Shown here one piece after another: positions 26,933-39,544 of a stretch of DNA of 64,000 nucleotides. Position numbers and translations under genes: made by a program. Positions within the stretch are counted from its first letter, which is position 1. Each line of letters starts with the position of its first letter. This DNA comes from Octopus vulgaris (taxonomy: Eukaryota): positions 9,486,001 to 9,550,000 of the forward strand of contig OX597816.1 in the NCBI GenBank assembly GCA_951406725.2, read 5' to 3'. Under the pieces are notes generated by a model. It was not told the origin of the DNA. It did not search any database and was given only the letters and a program-made list of their open reading frames with translations.

Positions 26933-28852
26933 AATTTCTGGTGTTCATGCAGCATATATGATACACATTACCGTTTTTTTTTCAACCACTAGAGTAACTT
27001 AGGACTTGTGAAAGGAAAGTTTTATGTCACTCAGAATATATGAAACAACGACTAACTAAAAGCCTGGAAAGAAAATGCAGTGACATTTAGGACAAACTTG
27101 TGAAAATGATTTGGACTGGTAAAGGGTTAAAAGCATTGTATGTACTTTTTGCAATATTGTCTTATCCCTAAAAAAGAAAACTACAATATACATAGAAGCT
27201 TCCTCTAAACTAATAAAGTTATGGTGATCAAATTTCAGTTCAATCCTTAACAGATCAGTGTATTAAGAGAAAATCTAAGTAGGTAGGAATTCCAAAGAGC
27301 TACGGTTTTGAAAAGAATCTAGGGAAGAGTAAGGGATCTTGTGGAGTGAATCATAAGTTTAATACAGACTTGGTTGTAAAACTCAGTATTATAATACACT
27401 ACAATACTAAGACACAGTCACTACAGTATTATAAGAGTTAGTTACTGCATCACAACAGTTCTGTAAAACCAAGTCATTACAGTATTGTAGCAATATTGTT
27501 TTCTTCATTGCTATCTTCACTGTTTGAGAAAAGTATTAAGAATGATCTCGTTTGAGATTACAAACATCTTTGGCTAGTTTAACCTTGTTGTGCCCACTAT
27601 TTTGATTGGTTAGCATCTAAGCGCAGTCTGTCTCTCTACTTACTTCGCGCCAGTGTGTAAACTGACCAATCACGGCTTTCGGATGGGACTTTTCATTTGA
27701 GCCATCTTAACTCTTTAAATTGGCTGATATATCACGATTCACTGTCTTTTGGCTTAAGACCTTTTAAGGTCTTAGTCGGAGACCACGCATTCGTTAGGGA
27801 TGCGACCGTGTGACTTACCTATGTCACCAACCTCCACATACGGTCGTATTTCCTAGACTGGTGACCCCGACGTGATTCAAACACACAGCCATTATTATTT
27901 CCTACACTGGTGACCCGCCGTTTTCAAACATGCAGCCATTATTATTTCCTACAGTATTATAAGACACAGTTATGAGACTCAATCACTACACATATCAATG
28001 AAGCACACAAACAATATTTCTCATCCCTCACAAATCTAAAACATTCAAAATGTCAACAGATTATAGTTGATTATATTTGATGACAATTCATTTTCATGGT
28101 GATTACACATCTATAATATTGTGGTGACTCCAACCCAGCCACTGAGTTAATTCCTCTTCCAGACAATAAAATATTTCAGCAATAAACAATTTATGACTCT
28201 GTTAAAATAATGCTCATGCATCTGGAATGGTACGGATGCTACACACATAAATATTTCATATGAATTTAAAAACAAAAAATGCCATCTGACTAATAGCAAA
28301 CCTCCACTCACCAACACAGAAAACTACTAATCCATTTTTTCTGCAAGTACTACAATGGTTTCTTCTCCTCTGACCTTGCAGACTGTGAACCAACAGCTGT
28401 ATTTATTTCCCCTCATCTGTATTAAACTTATGATTCACTCCACAAGATCCCTTACTCTTCCCTAGATTCTTTTCAAAACCGTAACTCTTTGGAATTCCTA
28501 CCTACTTAGATTTTCTCTTAATACACTGATCTGTTAAGGATTGAACTGAAATTTGATCACCTTAACTTTATTAGTTTAGAGGAACCTGCTATGTATATTG
28601 TAGTTTTCTTTTTTAGGGATAAGACAATATTGCAAAAAGTACATACAATGCTTTTAACCCTTTACCTGTCCAAATCATTTTCACAAGTTTGTCCTAAATG
28701 TCCATGCATTTCCTTTTCAGGCTTTTAGTTAGTCGTTGTTTCGTATGTTCTGAGTGACATAAAAACTTTCCTTTCACAAGTCCTAAGTTACTCTAGTGGT
28801 TGAAAAATAAATGGTAATGTATATCATATATGATGCATGGACACCAGAAATT
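26933..28852. repeat. Long inverted repeat, arms 26933-27368 and 28416-28852 (~435 bp, near-identical)
   Basis: Arms are reverse complements over their whole length, with scattered substitutions and 1-bp indels. Confidence 0.95.
27486..27953 (+). mobile_element. Solo-LTR-like element (Gypsy-type) ending in tandem PBS/LTR-end units
   Basis: TGTAG...CTACA termini; 4-bp TSD GTAT (27482-27485 and 27954-27957); CCAAT boxes; tRNA-Trp PBS TGGTGACCCCGACGTGAT at 27859. Confidence 0.8.
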
Positions 28853-28989
28853 TTGTGCTGTGAATCATGTGATACAAATTACAGTCAAAGGGTAAAGTCA
28901 TCAGACTTGTAGTGGCATCACAGAATGCATACACACCTTTCCAAAGAAGGAATCCTGGTAGAAATTTCCAGTAGGTGCATTATATCTTG

Positions 28990-29216
28990 CTGTTGCTGTT
29001 GTTATGTAGCCCTGAGTCAGTCCTGATTGAGAAGATTTATACTTAGAGATAAGTCAGAGATGACCATCACATTTATTTTCAAATACAGTATATCCTAGGT
29101 CAACATTTTTCAATGTGTCCTTCCTTTTTATAAGACAGTGGTATGTTATATGAGGGGAAGCTTGGCAGCTAGTTCTAGAAAGTCAAGTAGCTATGTAGGG
29201 GCACACTCATTGGCTT
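28990..29216 (-). mobile_element. Old dispersed repeat (family E), also near 5240-5400, 17262-17468, 21660-21880 and 39650-39765
   Basis: Shared motifs gctgttatttctag..ggtcaagt..ccatgtagagg and tgaccatc among the copies. Strand assignment is tentative. Confidence 0.55.
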
Positions 29217-29813
29217 ATATTTTATGATAATGGTATGGAACAAAAGTTGTCTACTGGTGTGACAAGGTAAAATTGTGTTGAAGGAAAACAGGAATAATGA
29301 GCTAATATAGGCTTTACAGTCTTCATACACTGACTAAAAATAGAACGTGTGTGTGTAGTCATCATTGTCATCATCCTTATCATCATCATCATCATCATTA
29401 TCATCATTTTAACATTCACTTTTCCCGGCTTACATAGGTTAAACAGAATTTGTTGAGACAAATTTTCTAAGGCTGGATGTAAGACACTATTTCCCCATAG
29501 TCAGGCGTGTTTACATGGGAGGCTGGAAATGAACAATACTGTCTGTATGATGTTGTTGCTAGTTTACGACTGTTGCACAATGTCAAGAAGACAAGAAGAT
29601 ACTAGCACAGACACACTCATTTATTTCCACAACAACAGACTTCTTTTAGTTTCCCTCTACCAAAGCTATTTGCAAGGCTTTGGTCAGCCTACAGCTATAG
29701 TAGATGACATTTGCTAAAAGTGACACGCAGGGAGATTGAACACAAAATCAAATGGCCATGAAGTGAACATCTTAACCAGACAGCCATACCTGCAGCTACA
29801 GAACCATGTCTTG

Positions 29814-30042
29814 TGGCGAGCTGGCAGAAACGTTAGCACGCCGGGTGAAATGCATAGCCGTATTTCGTCTGTCGTTACATTCCGAGTTCAAATTCCGCCG
29901 AGGTCGACTTTGCCTTTCATCCTTTCGGGGTCGATAAATTAAGTACCAGTTACGCACTGGGGTCGATGTAATCGACTTAATCCCTTTGTCAGTCCTTGTT
30001 TGTCCCCTCTATGTTTAGCCCCTTGTGGGTAGTAAAGAAATA
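29814..30042 (+). mobile_element. Young full-length family B tRNA-derived SINE (Meta-domain-like central region)
   Basis: Head GGCGAGCTGGCAGAAACGTTAGC, B box GAGTTCAAATTCC, central gactttgcctttcatcctttcggggtcgataaattaagtaccag. CpGs are intact. Confidence 0.85.
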
Positions 30043-31982
30043 TATATGCGTGTGTGGGAGTGAGTGCATGTGCACACACGCATATGCTGTACTGTTTCAA
30101 GTATAAATATGAAATTGTAAACATATGCACGGATAGATATAATTTATATACTCCATATAAGGAATAAGGATATATCTATCTATACAGTTATCTCCTTGTA
30201 CTTTCCACTACTGTGCATTTCTTTGTAAAATTTCCCTTTACTGCTGTATTCTGCCATTAATTTCTTACATGAATCCATTCATTCTGCCCTTTTATAACTC
30301 AAGAATTTTGCTTCTGAATTCAATACTACCTGGGAAGTATTCTGACTGTAGTCATGTCACATCTCTGTGCTCAGTGTACATATTTGAATAAGAATGCTCT
30401 TTTACCAGTTCAGTTTACCTCTGGAGAGTTTACACAAGTACAAAAAGAAACAAGAAAATTTTTAAAAATTTTTATAAAATGTTAAGAAGGAAGAATAGAA
30501 AAATTTCAAAAATAATACTTTTATAGCTTTTATAACTTACGTTTGTTTTGTAAGCATTCTATTCTCTCTAGCATTCTTCAAATATTCCACAGTCGAAAAA
30601 ATGCATAATTGATAAAATTCAGTTGAAAACAGACTTGAATGCATGCACATGCACACATATAGATGCATGTTGACATATGTTTAATAGTTATAACCAGAAT
30701 TAAAAGTAACCAGACAGCTTTCTAGGGGAAAACCTCTTTCATATTCTATCTAGATTCTGATCTTCTGTCACAGATGAGAGAAATAAATATAAAAATTTTT
30801 AATGTTTGATAAAACTACAAAGAATTACTAAGGTATTGAGGTATTGCTTTGGTTTTCTTTGTACTAATAGATGTAATGAGTTCTACAGTCTGTGTCACTA
30901 TCAGCAATATTAGAATATTAGCTAGTCTTATGTTTGTTCTTGATATCTTTTATTTTTACTTTTTGTTACGAAAGTTTCCTATATTTGTCTTTTTCAATTT
31001 CGTTTATCCCACCTCAAGTAACAGTTGTTAAAGACATTTACTTAATACAGGCAATCTTTAAAACACACATACACATATACATAGAGAGAGAGAGAGACAG
31101 ACAAACAGAGAATAAAATACAATGATCTATAGAACAAGGAACTTTGAATTGTAATAGAATAATACTTTAGCTTCAAACAGACATATGAAGTAACTCTCTT
31201 TGTCTCATACACACACACACACACATACAGAATATGTGGAGTAACTATTTCATTCATATACATACACAAACATACAAACACACATACACATATAATATAT
31301 AGTATAACTTTCTTTGTTTCATTCATATACATACACACACAAACACACGCACATACACATACACACTCATTTAAACACACAAATGCACACATAGAATAAA
31401 TGAATTCATATAGTTAGCAGCCTCTACCCTTCACCTCTGTTCAATTCCAAAATTTCACTCCCCAGCTGTTATTTCATCATTAATTTCCTCCATGAATGCA
31501 CACACACACAATGAGGATCCCTCATAGAAGAAGACGAAGATATTAATCTGATACTAGATGCATGTGCATGACAAGTTAACATGCAAAGGGCTATTGCATA
31601 CCAGCCAACATGTGCAACCTGTAATTACAATAGTAGACTGTAGTCTCAGACTTGCCATTCCCACTGAACATGTCTGTGTGCATGCATGTGTTCCAAACAT
31701 CCTCCTCCACATTGTCCTCATCATCACTGACCTCCTTCTCTGTTACTGATGCTATCACCACAACCACAACCTCCTCTTTCACCCAAATATTTTAATGCCC
31801 ATTTCTTTATCCTGCCACAGATTGGCCAGGATTGTTTTGCATCATACTGCTTCTCACGTTAATCTTTTATAATCTCATCTGTAAAGCCTATCAGTATGAG
31901 ATCCAACCTCACTGTTTCTTTTCATGTATTCTATACTCTGCTACTGAAGCCCCACTCAACTCCATCGCACACGCACACACAC

Positions 31983-32037
<55 letters not shown>

Positions 32038-32796
32038 CACAAATAGACAGATATCAAATGAAGGAGTGAAACTATCTTATAACCCTTAGTAATAAATACA
32101 GAAGGCTTTGTCAGTTGTGTCTCTAAGTATCCATGTTATAGATTAGTTACATATAAATGAATTTGAATTCTTTTGACAAGGTACAAAACTAATTTCTGTA
32201 GATGGCATTTTCATTTGCATTGATTCTCAATAAAATGGTGGATTTTATGTTTTTGAACTCAATAAAAAAAAAATAAAGAAATTTAACCATAACAAGATTT
32301 GCAACTCAGAATATATAGAAGCAAAACTAAAAAAAAGAAAAATACCAGGAAGTCGTATACTTTCACAGTCTACTCTTTTCTCTCAACTCTCTGAACATCT
32401 GTTGCAAAAATACCTAAGTTTCATAATTTCTGGCACCATTCCCTATGGGACTTTATTACAGACAACTAGTAATTAAATGGCTTAATCTTGATGTTACAAT
32501 TTCAAATTAAAAGTTTGATAATTTTATTGTGAAATAATATAATCATTTGAATTTTTTGAATCATTATTTACTGTCATTCTTTACATCAAAACCACATGGA
32601 AGATAGATAAATGCAAAGAGGACCTAATATTGATTTCTTTTGACAAGATTAAAGAAAACCTAAGGAGTTAATTGAAATTTTAATTATTGGTACTAATTTC
32701 ATTAACTTCAGATGATTGAAAGAACGAAGGTGATGACCTGAAGAAGATTTGAATGCTAATATTTCAGATATCAGAACTAGATACTGTAAAACAACG

Positions 32797-32850
<54 letters not shown>

Positions 32851-35800
32851 TGTGTGTGCATGCGTGCACACATTCATGTGTATGGATACATACACACACA
32901 CACTTTCTCACATACATACAGGAAAAATTAGGCATATCTGAGAAGAACATACAATAGATAGAACAAATGGAAAAATTCTCATCACCAGTTCATCTCAGAT
33001 ATTCTTGTGGTTTTGACTACTGAGGACAGTAATGCTAATCCTAGGAAAGTCAGTAATCTTCCAATATTGTTGTTAGGGATTGGTGTAGTGAAGAGATGAT
33101 GGATAATGATGATGGTGAGGACTTGTGTATACCTTGTTATCGGTAGTGGTAATGTAGCCAGTGATAAAAATAAATGATAGCAACATTGCCAGTGAGATTA
33201 TATATCTCTTCAGTATTTGCTATAATTCTCCACCCTTCAGAAAACATATAACACTTACTAAAGATTACAATTGAATTTTGCAGGTGACTCTATAGTCAAC
33301 CGAATATTTTTCACTACACTACTAGTATTTATTTTATGAATTCTGGGGATAAACAAAAAAAAAGAGTTAATTTGAAGAGAATAAGATACTATAGAGATAA
33401 AATAGAAGTTCTTAAGTCTGAGATTCTGCAGGTTTAGCCATCTGCACCTCTACCACCCTTCGCAAATCATAAAATGTTGGCTCTTTCTTTTTGATTAGAC
33501 ACAAGGGCCATCTTTTATAAAAGAATAAATCTCAGTAGATTAGAGTGAACAGAAAGTAGGGGTGGAATAAAAAGCTAAATACTATCAATCATTTATTTAA
33601 TCAAATGCTTGACAGTTTCTGACAACTTGCTACAGAAATTGGTTTCTTTTGACTAAGAACAAAGATACTATATTTTAAGAGAAAGGAAACATAGTGATAA
33701 TGGTCAAGCAAGTTCCAGGTTTATAGTGATAAAGTGGGGAAAAAAAAACCTTAACCAACAACTAAAACAGTTGGAATCTTGACTTTGTAGGTGGAATTTT
33801 AGCATTTACTGCAACTATATAACCTTAAAAACTGCTTTAGGTATGATTTTTGATGAAATCAACATATAAAATCTGTATTCTCTGTTTGAATCCAAACTAT
33901 CAGATCATGAGACGAAGCCTCCATCATTGTGATAGTGGTGATGGTAGTGGTGGTAATAATGATTCTAATAGTATTGATAGTGATGATTAGTATATACATT
34001 GTCATTGGTGGTACTAATGTACTTGGTGATAAAAATAAATGATTGCAACTTTACTAGTGAGATTGTATGCAGCAGTGATTGGGAGAATGATAAATGCAAC
34101 AAAAAAGAAAACTTTAAAAAAAAAAGGTGTCTGCTATAAAAATATATAAATAAATATCAAATCTTGATTTTCTTTTCTTCTATATTATTGTAACAAATTT
34201 TAGTTTGGTGTATCAATCAACTGAAAACATTGATATCTATAAAGAATTTTTCTCTTTATTTTATTATTATTATTATTATTTTTTTTTTTTTGGTATCATC
34301 CTTATCTTTGCCTCAAGCGATACAGAAGAGATTCCTACATTCGCTCGACAATGATAAATAAACTACATGGTGTTTATTTATAGATGTTTTATATCTCTTT
34401 ATCATTTTTTTCTCTCCTTTCATTTGATATGTTTTGAAACAAAAGCTCCAGAGTAATAATCAATTTATGATTTTTGACATAGCAATTTTTTAAAAATTGT
34501 TTTAAGGGATTAACTATTAAAAAAGATATGTAAGAAATATATGTTAAAATCAACAGCAATTTCAATCCATTGTGAATCCAGTTTGTTTATGTTGAATTCC
34601 ACAGATTGCAATCATAGAAAAAAATTTTTTAAATGAAGAAAGAATGGTAAGATGTAAAAATGTTTCATGTACAAACAGAAATATTTTTACATAGAACTTT
34701 CAAAAAACACATAGTTGAACAAACCGTATCAGAATATAAAAGAATTGCACTGAGTTTTTAGTCTATTTTGGTATTGCTAACAGTGAAATGCTTAAATAAT
34801 TCTTTTAATAACAAGTAATTGGAAATAGTCATGAATTATACAACTAATTATTTGTCATGCTTGGATTGTTCAATATACATTAAATATAAATGTAGGCATA
34901 AATAGAGAGAGAGAAAGAGGGGTAGAAAGTGAAAAAGGGAAAGAGTGAGAAAAGGAAAGAGAGAGAAAGGGAGAGAGTGAGGAAGGGAGGAGGGGAGAGA
35001 ATGAATATCATGAGAAAAAGGAAAAATATGAGTGCCAAAAAGAACTAGGAATACCTTGGCAAGTACTTGAATGAATTTGCCAATTATACTGTCAGCTTTA
35101 TGCTATTTTTCACTGGGATATTCTTGTGTCAGTCTTATAAGGTTGTTGCCTTCAGGGTTATCACTATCATCATTATCATAACCACCACCAAAACCACCAT
35201 TCTACATCTGTATTTTATGCTGGCATGAGCTGGCTTGTTCAACAGGATCTAACGATCTAGAGGACTGTGTCAAACTCCAGTGTCGGCTTTGGCATGTATT
35301 CTACAGTTGTGTCCTTCTTTTTAATACCAGCCACTTTAAATACAGAGTGCATTGGATGCTTTTTATCTTTTTCATGGCACCATCGCTAGAGAGGATATCA
35401 AGTAACTCACAAGAGAAAACTAAAAAACAGAGTGAGCCCCATGACAGAGTGGAAGTGTAGTAGTAGTAGAGAGAGGGGTGGGTGATAATATGCCAGGTGT
35501 TGAGAGGCTAACATATAATAGAAGGATAGAAATACATGCCTTACTATAGAGAAGGTACATGGCTACTCTGCAGTATATAAACGCTGGTGAAAGTAGCTGG
35601 GTCAAACATCAGTGGAAGATAAATAAAAGATGACATAATGTTTAGGAAATATAGATCACTGATTTCCCTTCTTGATATTTATGAAATTATAATATAATTC
35701 TGATCTCATAATTAAATGTCTTTATACAAACTATGTTAGACTATGTTAGCAATTCTTGTATTAAAATTATAGAATGATCGGTTCATTGATAGAAGATTGC

Positions 35801-35880
35801 TATAATGCAATCTGCTGAACATGGAAAATAGAGGAGTAGTATTTGTTATGCAGAAAATTGATATAAAAAACTGAAGAGAA

Positions 35881-36267
35881 TGGATGGAAGCACTCTGTCG
35901 GTTATGACGACGAGGGTTCCGGTTGATCCGATCAACGGAACAGCCTGCTCGTGAAATTAACGTGTAAGTGGCTGAGCACTCCACAGACACGTGTACCCTT
36001 AACGTAGTTCTCGGGGATATTCAGCGTGACACAGAGAGTGACAAGGCTGGCCCTTTGAAATACAGGTACAACAGAAACAGGAAGTAAGAGTGAGAGAAAG
36101 TTGTGGTGAAAGAGTACAACAGGGATCACCACCATCCCCTGCCAGAGCCTCGTGGAGCTTTAGGTGTTTTCGCTCAATAAACACTCACAACGCCCGGTCT
36201 GGGAATCGAAACCGCGATCCTACGACCGCGAGTCCGCTGCCCTAACCACTGGGCCATTGCGCCTCCA
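35881..36267 (-). mobile_element. Young full-length family C tRNA-derived SINE
   Basis: Head GGAGGCGCAATGGCCCAGTGGTTAGGGCAGCGGACTCGCGGTCGTAGGATCGCGGTTTCGATTCCCAGACC with A and B boxes, a ~310-bp body and a (TCCA)n tail. Confidence 0.9.
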
Positions 36268-36872
36268 CGAATACTTAGTTGCTAATCTAATATTATACTT
36301 TTTTATGGTTTAAGAACAAAAAAAAAAGACAAGAGACTAAAACAAATAAGACACTGAATGAATCAAGTAAATGAATGAGTTTTACAAGCTGAGAACTATA
36401 ATCTGAAATTAAAAACTAATTCCTTCAATACAAGATTCAGACTACTGAAAGAATGAAGAAATCATAGAAAACCTGGCACTGAAAAGAAGTGTGAAAGAAT
36501 AATCAAAAAAGAAGAAAGAATCAAACAAAATTGTCTATGGCCAGATGCCCTACCTATTGCCAGTATTCTTATGTTTCTAGTGCAAGCTAATGTATTGCCA
36601 TAGTCAGACATGGAGTTTGTGGAGGATCAGAAATGATCAATATTGCTTAATTGTGATGCTTCATTATAACAATCACGTGATCTTGAGAGATACATACCTA
36701 CACACAGATATGCACACACATGCACATGTGCATACATGTACATGCACATGCACACACACAAATATTACTGATTTCCTTCAGCTTTTGCCAAAGGCTATAG
36801 TTGCCTTAGGTACTGCACAGTGCTACTGAACTTGAATGCACATGGTTGGGAAACAAGTTTCTTAACCACACA

Positions 36873-36913
<41 letters not shown>

Positions 36914-36914
36914 A

Positions 36915-37122
36915 GTTAATCCAAACATGAAAACACAAAGAGAAAACACAACAACGTGAGCATATGAAACAAGTATAGTGTTATTGGATGCTCAGGAAAG
37001 GAAAGAAAGAAGGAGGATTTGTTTTGAGTGGAACTCTTCGTCAGAGATGTAGAAAAAGTAAAGGTCCAAGGAAGGGAAGATGGAGAAAGAAAATCGCCAT
37101 TGATACACACACGGTCACATAT
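36915..37122 (-). mobile_element. Penelope-like terminal-repeat fragment with a degenerate hammerhead (37021-37044)
   Basis: - strand reads CTGACGA-agag-ttcca-ctc-AAAAC, with G12 mutated to A; adjacent to (TA)n. Confidence 0.5.
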
Positions 37123-37133
37123 TGATATATATT

Positions 37134-37816
37134 CGTTTGGTACAATGTGTTTATTATGGTAGTTTTGACTTTAGGAGTCCCTCCTAGTGTGAGGCATTTA
37201 TGTATAGTTATGCCCTTAATATAAACAAATATATCTAAAGGGAATAATAAATAAATTTTCCCCTTATGAAGTTTTTCATGCTAACTACTTGATAAATTTT
37301 TATAAAGATCTTATCCTATTTTTAAATAGTAAATTTAACCGGAATATATTCAGTGCTGAATTTTTTTCCGAATAAACACGTGTACCAAGATGCAATTCAA
37401 AAAGCCCGCCTCTTACATAGATATATAAGTGTGAACAATTCTATGTACTATGCTGGATACATTTGGTGTTCGGCTGGTAAGTTGATTTTTTTGTTCATTT
37501 TTATGTGTCTTGATTATGCCTGCACTGACGATTAAAAAGTGCATTTTGCAATCTAATTATGAAATCATATGATCTGTGGCTGAATCTGTTTTTAAAAGGC
37601 TCGCTTCAAGAGTTGCATTCCCTCACGTTCAGTACATGTTTATTATGGTAGTTTTGACTTTAGGAGCCCCTCCTAGCATGAAACATTTATGTATAGTAAT
37701 GCCTTTAATATAAATAAATATATTTAAAAGGAATAATTAATAAATGTTTCCCTTATGAGGTTTTTCATGCTAACTACTTGATAAATTCTTATAAAGATTT
37801 TATCCTATTTTAAAAT

Positions 37817-37817
<1 letters not shown>
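37134..37817 (+). mobile_element. Partial tandem repeat (copies 37134-37328 and 37626-37817, period ~490 bp) containing a hammerhead motif; Penelope pLTR or retrozyme-like
   Basis: The direct repeat is seen directly; the hammerhead core lies at 37520-37579. Confidence 0.65.
37520..37579 (+). ncRNA. Minimal type I hammerhead ribozyme motif
   Basis: ctgca-CTGACGA-(imperfect stem II with tgca ttt tgca)-GAAA-tcatatga-TC-tgtgg. Stem III is palindromic (ATCATATGAT); the cleavage triplet is AUC. Confidence 0.55.
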
Positions 37818-37890
<73 letters not shown>

Positions 37891-38589
37891 ATTCATTTCA
37901 GTTTCTATCAGTCAAAACCACTCACAAACTTTTTAGCACCCCAGGGCTACAGTAAGCAAGGTACCATGCATTGGAACTGAACCTAGATCACCATGATTGG
38001 GAAGTATGCTTCTTAACCACACTATCATGCCTGTGCACATTTTAATCAAATTCCTGAAAATTCCACAACTAACCATCAATGAAAGGTAGAAAAAAATTCA
38101 AGAAATACTTGGAATGTTTTATTTCAAAATGTAATTCCTTGCAAAAAGACATTAATTTTTTTCTCCCTGCTTTTCTGGTCTCTTCCAAAATGAATGGAGA
38201 TTATTGCGACAATTTTAATGATGATAACTCTCTCTCTCTTTCATTTTTTTCCTATCTGAATATAAAGTATTGATGATATAATGGCGATCATCAATCACTA
38301 TTATATCATCAATACTTAAAATGTTGATTATTTCTATGAAGGCATACAATATTTAGTCAACTAAATGTCAATACTGGCTGAGAATCTAGAATCTTATTTA
38401 ATTTTTTTAATTATGGTTGGAATTCCAAGATGTTTTTGTTAACCTACAGAAAAAGAAGAAGGCCAATACTAGTTGATCAGGTTATTTAAAATTTAATATA
38501 ACAATTAAAAGTTTAAAAAAAGCACCACAAAATAGTTGTAAAGTGTAGGAGTAAGAAATTACAGAAAATGTGCCTTTTTTGAAAATATT

Positions 38590-38975
38590 TTTTATCTTTT
38601 ATTTGTTTCAGTCATTAGAATGCAACCATGCTGGGACAACACCTTGAAGAATTTTTAGCCAAATGGATTGATCCCAGTGCTTATTCTATCAATATCTTTT
38701 GCTGAACTGCTAAGTTACAGGGATGTAAACACAGCAACACCAGTTGTCAAGCAGGGATTAGTGGCAACACAGACATACAAAATCACACACACACGCACGC
38801 GCATGCACACACACACACAGCAGGCTTCTTTCAGTATCTGTTTACAAAATCCACTCATAAGCCTTTGCTCAACCTGAGACTATAGTTGAAGACACTTGCC
38901 CAGTGTGCCATGCAGTGGAACTGAACCCAAAACCATGTGGTTGTGAAGAAACCTTCTTACCACACAGCTATCCAT
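38590..38975 (-). mobile_element. Diverged family A SINE
   Basis: Homology to family A. Confidence 0.8.
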
Positions 38976-38995
38976 GGACATGATATATATATATA

Positions 38996-39290
38996 CCGGC
39001 ACGGAGGCCAGCCGTACCAGCCTCACCTGGCCTCTGCGCCGGTGGCACGTAAAAAACACCATCCGACCATCCGAGCGTGGCCGTTCGCCAGCCTCATCTG
39101 GCACCTGTGTCGGTGGCACATAAAAAGCACCCACTACACTCACGGAGTGGTTGGCGTTAGGGAGGGCATCCAGCTGTCGAAACACTGCCAGATCTGACTG
39201 GCCTGGGTGCAGCCTTCGGGCTTCCCAGACCCCAGTTGAACCGTCCAACCCATGCTAGCATGGAAAGCGGACGTTAAACGATGATGATGA
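38996..39290 (+). mobile_element. Young family D element (GC-rich internal repeats, (GAT)n tail) inserted in (TA)n
   Basis: Two internal units (gccagcctca.ctggc...cggtggcac.taaaaa.cacc) and the conserved tail catgctagcatggaaagcggacgttaaacgatgatg. Confidence 0.85.
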
Positions 39291-39316
39291 TATATATATA
39301 TATATATATATATATA

Positions 39317-39544
39317 CATGAGTGAGGGGGGTGGGGGTGAAAAGTTCCTGACGTAGGATAAAAGAAAATATAGGTGGATCAGTTAATCATGATTCGATCC
39401 AACATATTCTCCTCTCAGATTCACACACTTATAGTAGCAGTCCTTCAGTTTTTCTAAGTCTTGTAATAGAACTTGGAAGGTTAAACCTCCAACCAGGCCC
39501 TTTGTGATACTCATAAAGCCAAGAACTTTTCAGCACCCTCTTGT
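39317..39544. mobile_element. Mariner-type MITE
   Basis: Degenerate TIRs gagggg..tgaaaagttcctg and caagaacttttcagcaccctc, in a TA context. Confidence 0.7.

Noticed and set aside
27859-27953. CRISPR-like repeat-spacer pattern
   Set aside because: The DNA is eukaryotic, there are no cas genes, and the spacers are tRNA-Trp complements. Reported as an LTR/PBS array instead.
36195-36267. Possible tRNA gene (also the heads at 4119, 19270, 29814 and 42449)
   Set aside because: No complete acceptor stem, and each continues into a repeated SINE body.
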